Below the pieces are notes generated by a model, which was not told the DNA's origin, did not search any database, and saw nothing but the letters and a program-made list of their open reading frames with translations. The translations under genes and the position numbers were made by a program. Below are positions 57,951-64,000 of a stretch of DNA of 64,000 bases, piece by piece (the stretch's first letter is position 1; every line of letters starts with the position of its first letter). This DNA is from Macrostomum lignano. Its lineage: Eukaryota. The stretch lies in NCBI GenBank assembly GCA_002269645.1, contig NIVC01002144.1, forward strand, positions 1 through 64,000. The letters run 5' to 3'.

Positions 57951-58027
57951 GCCCTTAAATCTCAAATTTAGACTTAATTTCTCCTGAACTTCCCTTTCAA
58001 TATTCTCTTAATCATTAGTATAAGTAT

Positions 58028-58400
58028 CCCGCCTGGATAAGTGGTCCGGCAGTTTGTCCGTATACACGTCCGGGTGTCATCTGGGGTTGTAATGTATTTT
58101 TCCCATTTGATTCGTCCGGAAAAAACCGGAGGAAAAGTTTAAAATCGGACCAAAATGTCTGGAAAAAAACCGATTGGTCCGTTTGAAATCCGGACTGTCA
58201 TCCGAAAACTTGTCCGGAAGTTCATCCAGAATTAACCGGACCACATGGCGGGTTATTTTCCGGACAAAACCGGATGACTGCATCAGACGCGTAAACCGGA
58301 AAACTACCCGGATCAAAAAGCGGACGAAAACCGGGCAAAGAGAGATTCACGTGATCCGGACAAAAATCCGGGAGAACATCCGGATGGAAAGCGGAAGTAC
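58028..58400. repeat. Terminal/subterminal repeat region with about 15 CCGG-core motifs
   Basis: Recurrent TCCGG/ACCGG/CCGGA in both orientations. Confidence 0.75.
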
Positions 58401-59005
58401 ATACTTAGTACACTGATGAAAGTCACGCTGACTTTAATTCATGGCGAGGCCTTTAAATGCAGACGCGAAATCCAACGAGATTTGTGTTGAAATGTTTTAA
58501 ATAAAAAAGAAGCTTTACAAAGACATATTCACGACTGGTTTCCAGTAACATTTTTTGTTTCCAAGTGGCACAGCTGAAGCTGCTTGTAGTTATGCTGCAC
58601 GAACACCCAAAGCAGGGGCTTAAACCGGCAAGAACACTTTGTATTTTACGAACATTCATCATCATCACACCATCGACTCGACACATCTCACAAAATGCTA
58701 ATATAGTAGGTGCAAAAAGTCACACTGACCACAATCACCTCTCAAATCACGAAATACAAAAAGTTGGTGCATAAAGTCACACTGGCCACAATCCCCTTAC
58801 CCCAATCCTCAAAGGGCCAGAACCACCCTGCTCCAATATTCTCAAATGGCCAGAACCACCCTGCTCCAATATCCTCAAATGGCCACAATCCCTTTCCCCC
58901 AGTCCTCTCTCCGTCTATCTCGAGATCTGTCCATGTCTTTGATCTGTCCCCGTCAGTCAGCTCTATCGATCACCAGCAATTCACGACCCTGTTCGTCCCT
59001 GATCA

Positions 59006-60933
59006 TCAATCGTTCAGCATCTCCAGCAACAAGTCACTTGGACGACTGTCGCCGTCCACGTCGCCTGCGCTGAGAAGCTGCGTCCCAGTGTTATGAGACT
59101 CCTCAGTCTGTTCGGTAATTATGCGCAGAACATGTTCTGCAGAGGTGGTAGCCTTCGAGCGAGATGACTGGCCAGGTGTGCGGGCCGCAGTCGAACGCTT
59201 GGGTCGGCTGCGCTTCGGCAGTCCCAGCTGCAATCTCGCCGTCTCGCCGCACCGAGTGAATGCGCGATGCAGTTCGTTGCGGTAAATTGGCACCTCGGCG
59301 TTCTGCAGCCACTGCCTCGCGACAGCAACTTTGGCCGGGTTCGCCGGCGCCGAAACGTACCCAGCAATTCTTCGGCCTGACAGGGATGAGTTCGCCAATT
59401 CTTGCGACGTAAAGACAGCCCTAAAGACAGCACGCAGTAGCGCCAAGCGCGTAAAGCGCCGCATGGCAACTGCGTCTAGGTCGACCGCCTGCTGATCTTC
59501 CATCGCCTTCTTATATTCTTTGTGTCGGTCTTCAAGTTCAGACCGGAGTCGCAAAGGTACAGAAAAAAACTTCTGGCTGTCGGAAAGGGCGACCAGTCCG
59601 CCGGTAGCAGAGCTAGTGGCGGTCCCTTGCTCCGCGTCACATGCGCGGATTAACGCGCGCGTTTCGGCAACAGACAGGTTGCGATCAGCGGAGAAGGTTG
59701 CCTGGTCGCCAAATGCGTCATCGTCAGCAGACTCGTCCGCGGAGGAGTGCGCGCTAGAAACAGCGTCACCAAAGGTATCATCGGGGCGCACATGTGATGC
59801 AGCTGCAGCAGCACCTGAAGTGGTTGCACTTGCGGCCGGCAAAAGGCAATTTGACGCCCTGGCGAGCAGCGCGTTGGCGGTGTCGACATTACGCAGTAGG
59901 CAATTGTTGCGCGCTTCGGCCTGCTCGACCTGCATGACCAGCTTCCGCTCCATTTTGGCCTGCACACTCGTCTTGTGCAGGAGCGTGCGGTTCTGTGCCA
60001 GCAGGTTGGTCTCAGAAGTACGGAGGAGCTTAAGTTCGCCACCTGCGTATGTATTTGAATTGGAAGGATTGACAGGTGAATCAGCTAACTTATGGTTTGC
60101 TTCTGCTTATATATGTGGACGGAATGCGTCAGTTGATGAATCTAGATGCATGCAGAATACGACAATGCAGATCGATCTGATGACCCCATGAGTAACTTAA
60201 TCAGAAACTTACGCAGAGATTCGGTCAAGGCCTTCTCCCTTTGGAGCTCAAGCACGAGACCGCGACAGGAGCTGCAGGACCGCGGCAGCTCGGCGGGTGC
60301 CGCGTGGACGTTAGTCAAGCTGGCAGCACCAGCAGCCTCCCTTTTCTTGTCGAATGGGCCCTTTATTAGTGTGCCCAGATAGCGCCGGGCCGTGCTACGC
60401 TTGCTCCGAGCTGTCACGACAGCGACTACGGCGCCGGTGTTTAGAGGCAGCTGCACATCCGACCGATGCGAAATGATGGCACTGGTGGACATCAGGCTGG
60501 AGTCTGTTGACACTACCTCTGTTCGCTGGTGGAAGTCGGTATACTGAAATAAAAAAAACCGGGCCTTGGCTTCGGCTTTAAACGGCACCATTTCAGGTTC
60601 GTTATCTTCTTCAGCGGCGAGTCGATTCCGCGGAATCGGAACTTCTTCCGAATGAGCAGTGCTATCGATGGCAGTCGGATTAGCGACGCTTAATCCACCT
60701 GGCGGATTTAAATCCGCATCTGCCACAGCTGCGGCGGCGGCGGCGGCGGCGGCGGCTCCAGTCGGGACGTTGGCACCCGAATCGGTTGCCGTAGCCCGAG
60801 CCGACACCTTGGCGACACTGAATGGTACTCCTATTTTCTTAGAAACACCAGACGGCTTCTTTATTGTTGCATGCGTTTTTTTTGCCTCTTTACGTCTTTC
60901 TTTCTCCGAAGCGTCGCGACACGTGCGGCCCAT
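59006..60933 (-). CDS. Transposon accessory (TnpA-like) protein with coiled coil and BEN domain, 585 aa. Exons: 60933-60213 and 60042-59006
   Basis: Phase-1 intron C|gtaagt...acgcag|GT joins two ORFs in frame. ALLRAVFRAVFTSQELANSSLSGRR...NPAKVAVARQWL...FTRCGETAR fits the BEN pattern. An in-frame upstream ATG at 61008 is an alternative start. Confidence 0.75.
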
Positions 60934-61179
60934 GATGGCAGTTCTCGTGCACGCTGGAAAAGATATGACATGAGGTTTGCATTTCCGCGAGATCTGTACA
61001 GGAGTCATCGTCTCTGATCCTCGAGCACTATAGGTGACTGAGTACTTGGTTATGTACAACGGGTTCGTAAGGAGTTAGCAGCGGGACGGAATGAAATAAC
61101 AAACAAGACTGACGGATATCACAAAGCCAAAAAAGCGCCGGTCCTTTTATATGTGTTTGCACTACAGCAACCTCGACAC

Positions 61180-61235
61180 CATTGCACTTCAGCAACCTCG
61201 ACACCATTGCACTTCAGCAACCTCGACACCATTCA
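61180..61235. repeat. Short 25-bp tandem repeat (about 2.5 copies)
   Basis: CAGCAACCTCGACACCATTGCACTT repeated. Confidence 0.8.
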
Positions 61236-61490
61236 ACTAAAAAGTTTAAACTAAAACTAAATACTAAAAATTCAACTAAAACAGAAATCGTCAACACAAG
61301 TAGAAAAAGTGTGGAAGGATGAAACAGCATATGAACAAGAGTTGCGCAGCAGTTCTTCTAATATAAAAAACGATTTCACCTGTCCCCACATGTGGGGAAA
61401 TATTTCTATCCCTATCCCTATGATATCCCTATCCCCATCCCTATTTCAACTAGTCCCCATGGCGCGACCATGGTGGGGAACCAAAGCAAT

Positions 61491-62253
61491 TCAATCCTTC
61501 TTTGCAGACTTAGGTTTCGGCGCATCATAGGGAGCAAGGCCGCGAAGGGGCCGCATACGGCGCCTGCCTACTCTCATCATCTCCACCGGAAGTGGTGGCG
61601 GACTGGGGGGCATGTCGATGGAAAAAAAGTTTGGCGCCTGGATAATCGGACGATGCCGATGGCGCCCATGGCGCTGCAGGCGCTGGTTGCGAACTTCGGC
61701 GGGCAGGTTGGCGTACCAGGCTTCACAGTCTGGGCAAGTTTGCGCAGGAAGGCGCTGCCTGTCATACCGCCGGCGTGAGTCGAACGTCGGCGGCGGCTCG
61801 TCCGGAAGCCTATTGTAGTCAGCAGCGTACTGCTTGCGTACTTGCGTCAACTTGCGTACTGCTAGCGACTGGCGTCGGACGGCGGAGCTCTGAGGGCGAC
61901 AGGACTAATTCCTGGATCTCCTCCTGCGCAACTGCATCTTCGGACTCCACGGCTTGTGGAGACGAGTCCCAGGCCTGACTGTCCAACTGCTGGACATGGG
62001 CGACCGGTGAGCCTAGAGTAGTATGTGTGTCGTCCGACTCGACATCCGAATCTACCTGGGCGGCGGGTGAGCCTAGAGTAGTATGTGTGTCGTCCGACTC
62101 GACCTCCGAATCTACGGAATCTCCTAGTAGCTCATCAACCCCTTCGCCGATAAGTCCGTCCAAAATCAAGGACCAGTCTGGAGTCCCGGATAATTGACCC
62201 GTGCGCCGGGACATGTAGCTGCAGTGTAAGGCGGTGGAACCCTTTGTACTCAT
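61491..62253 (-). CDS. CtIP-like: Acidic disordered protein with a CtIP/Sae2/Ctp1 C-terminal domain; frameshifted by a 10-bp duplication at about 61840-61850
   Basis: RRRYDRQRLPAQTCPDCEAWYANLPAEVRNQRLQRHGRHRHRPIIQAPNFFSIDMP aligns with human CtIP as I recall it ([58 protein letters not shown]). Confidence 0.85.
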
Positions 62254-62855
62254 ACGTGCTAAGCAATTACTTGAACAACCGTTTGCAACCCGTTAGTGCA
62301 TGTACAAGAGGGCTGCAGAAAAGAGGAAAAACGTATACATAGTTACAGTGCAGCGGCAAATACAACTGTATTTCTAATTAATCAGTTATACACATACGTA
62401 TACGTAAGTAAACCAAACATTCAGTAATATGGAAACCGGTAAGGTATGAAATAGTACTGCAACATTCGTGCAGACGTATCAATAATAATTTAAGTGATTA
62501 TGAAATTATACTGCCTCATGTGTAATGTTTGCGAAACGAAATATTTATTATAATAATGAGATAATTAGTAGAACAATTTCAGTGCAGCTGACGTCTTCAA
62601 TTATATACTCGAGTATTGGGGGATCACAAGCTGAGAGGAAACAAATTCCAAATTTCGATCGATGAAACATCGAATCATCGATGAAACAAAATCGTCCGAC
62701 ATGCAAAAAAAGCGACAGTCGCCACAATATTATAAAGGGAATTATGTGCTTGAAATGAAAATTTTACACTACTTTCATGGACCGCTATTTTCAATTCCAT
62801 TGATATTATACTTATACTATTGAGGCGGTGATGCTTAAACAGAAGCAACAGCTAA

Positions 62856-64000
62856 TTAATACTGGAAGCTACTGGAAGCCGATCTGCGGGTGTGGCATAA
62901 CGCATATTTTGTGTCCGAAACGACGCACGACCCAACGATGGCAGTGGCGTGAACTCGAACGGTGCGCTCATGTGGTAACGGACCGAATGGATTGACTAAG
63001 AGGCCTCGGATGTGCGCAAATCTGGCACCTCGGTTCTCCGAGTTGGCATGTACGGCACACAAGGCCTCCAGTGGGTCCACGACAGCGTCCTGTACGGGTA
63101 GGATGTGAAGGTTGACATACACCTCATCGTTGTCGCACTCGATTGCTAGAACGCGGCCGAACTGAAAGCTCGTCGGCTGGCATCCGGCAATGGCTACAAA
63201 GGCAGATGACGCCCGCGTCTCAATCTCCGGTAGATACTCCTCGAAATACAACCCTGACGGGAGAGACGCCGAACGCCAGCCGTGGGCCATGTTGTTAGGA
63301 CGCCGTAGTAGAATGCCAGACGCCGCGCGCATGCATGTCGTTCTGTGCCGCGCGCGTGGCTGCTGGTCGTTGTCGCGGAGAAGCTCCTCAGCCTGCATGA
63401 CTGCCAGCTCGCACTCAACGGCTCCGACAATCTCCACATCCGTGCGGCGGGACCCGTGAATCTGGCGACGCAGTCTGGTATGCATCGATTCAAACAGCCC
63501 GGCGGATTGACGGTTCAGAGGACCTGCCAGTATGGCATACGGCAGCATGTGGCAGCAGACTTGATGGGCGTTGTACGCTCGTATGACAGAAATCGCAGCG
63601 AATAAAGGCGCGACAAGTTCGCGTGAAAGTGTCTCAGCCCGATTTCAACGTGGCGCAATTCTGCACGCGGCGCACCTTCTAAGGACATCCAGAAGATGCA
63701 CGTGGAGAGGATTAAAATGTGCCAGTAGTGTTCCTCTGGCAGGAAGTCATCAAGGACGAAAGGCGCGAACGCCAACAACCACATTGCGTATTCGTGGCCG
63801 CGCATGTGTCTGATGTCCTTGAGAAGCCTGACAGTGTGACGCTGAACAGTGCGAGGAACGCGAATGCGCCGAAGACGCTGGTCGATGTGGCTCAGCCGCG
63901 CGTGCAGGTCCGGACAATTTGTGGCGCCTCGATCCGGTTTTTCATGACGCACGAGGAACGGCTGGTACAAAATATTGCGTACCAGGCCGGAGCACAACTG
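62856..64000 (-). pseudogene. EnSpm/CACTA transposase, C-terminal part, frameshift at about 63585
   Basis: IRVPRTVQR...HMRGHEYAMWLLAFAPFVL...LY then, in the next frame, AYNAHQVCCH...GPL...SAGLFES...IHG. This matches the WKA.E...YN.H...GPL...SAF.FE pattern of animal EnSpm transposases. Confidence 0.88.

Larger units (their letters stand above)
58028..64000 (-). mobile_element. CACTA/EnSpm (CMC) DNA transposon, 3' portion; the other end is outside the window
   Basis: Abrupt AT-to-GC shift at CCCGCCTGGATAAG (58028), a CCC-type terminus as in animal EnSpm elements. Subterminal region dense in (T/A)CCGG motifs; EnSpm transposase plus two co-oriented downstream genes. Confidence 0.82.

Overview
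Eukaryotic (invertebrate animal, flatworm-like by style; inference) genomic window. (1) 1-12801: right-hand part of a Polinton/Maverick (adintovirus-like) element with pPolB, PZ, FtsK-like packaging ATPase, adenain protease, major and minor capsid proteins, a basic core protein and an RVE integrase with chromodomain, ending in the canonical ...TACTACT terminus. It also carries a divergent TATA-binding protein (TBP) homologue, a tandem PC4-like protein, a DEDD-like ORF and a diverged duplicate of the integrase N-terminus. PolB and integrase are frameshifted. (2) About 12.8-58 kb: host DNA rich in micro- and minisatellites, with four spliced genes reconstructed by hand (a 65-aa acidic CaaX micro-exon protein, a KCNE-like single-pass membrane protein, a Trunk/PTTH/IL-17-type cystine-knot protein and a 10-exon Niban/FAM129-like gene), plus MITEs, SINEs, a Gypsy remnant and two decayed LINEs. 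(3) 58028-64000: the 3' part of a CACTA/EnSpm-type transposon with a frameshifted transposase, a spliced BEN-domain gene and, between them, an ORF ending in a CtIP/Sae2 C-terminal domain (CxxC...RHR). This last ORF is the most striking observation. All homology calls are by eye; no database search was run.
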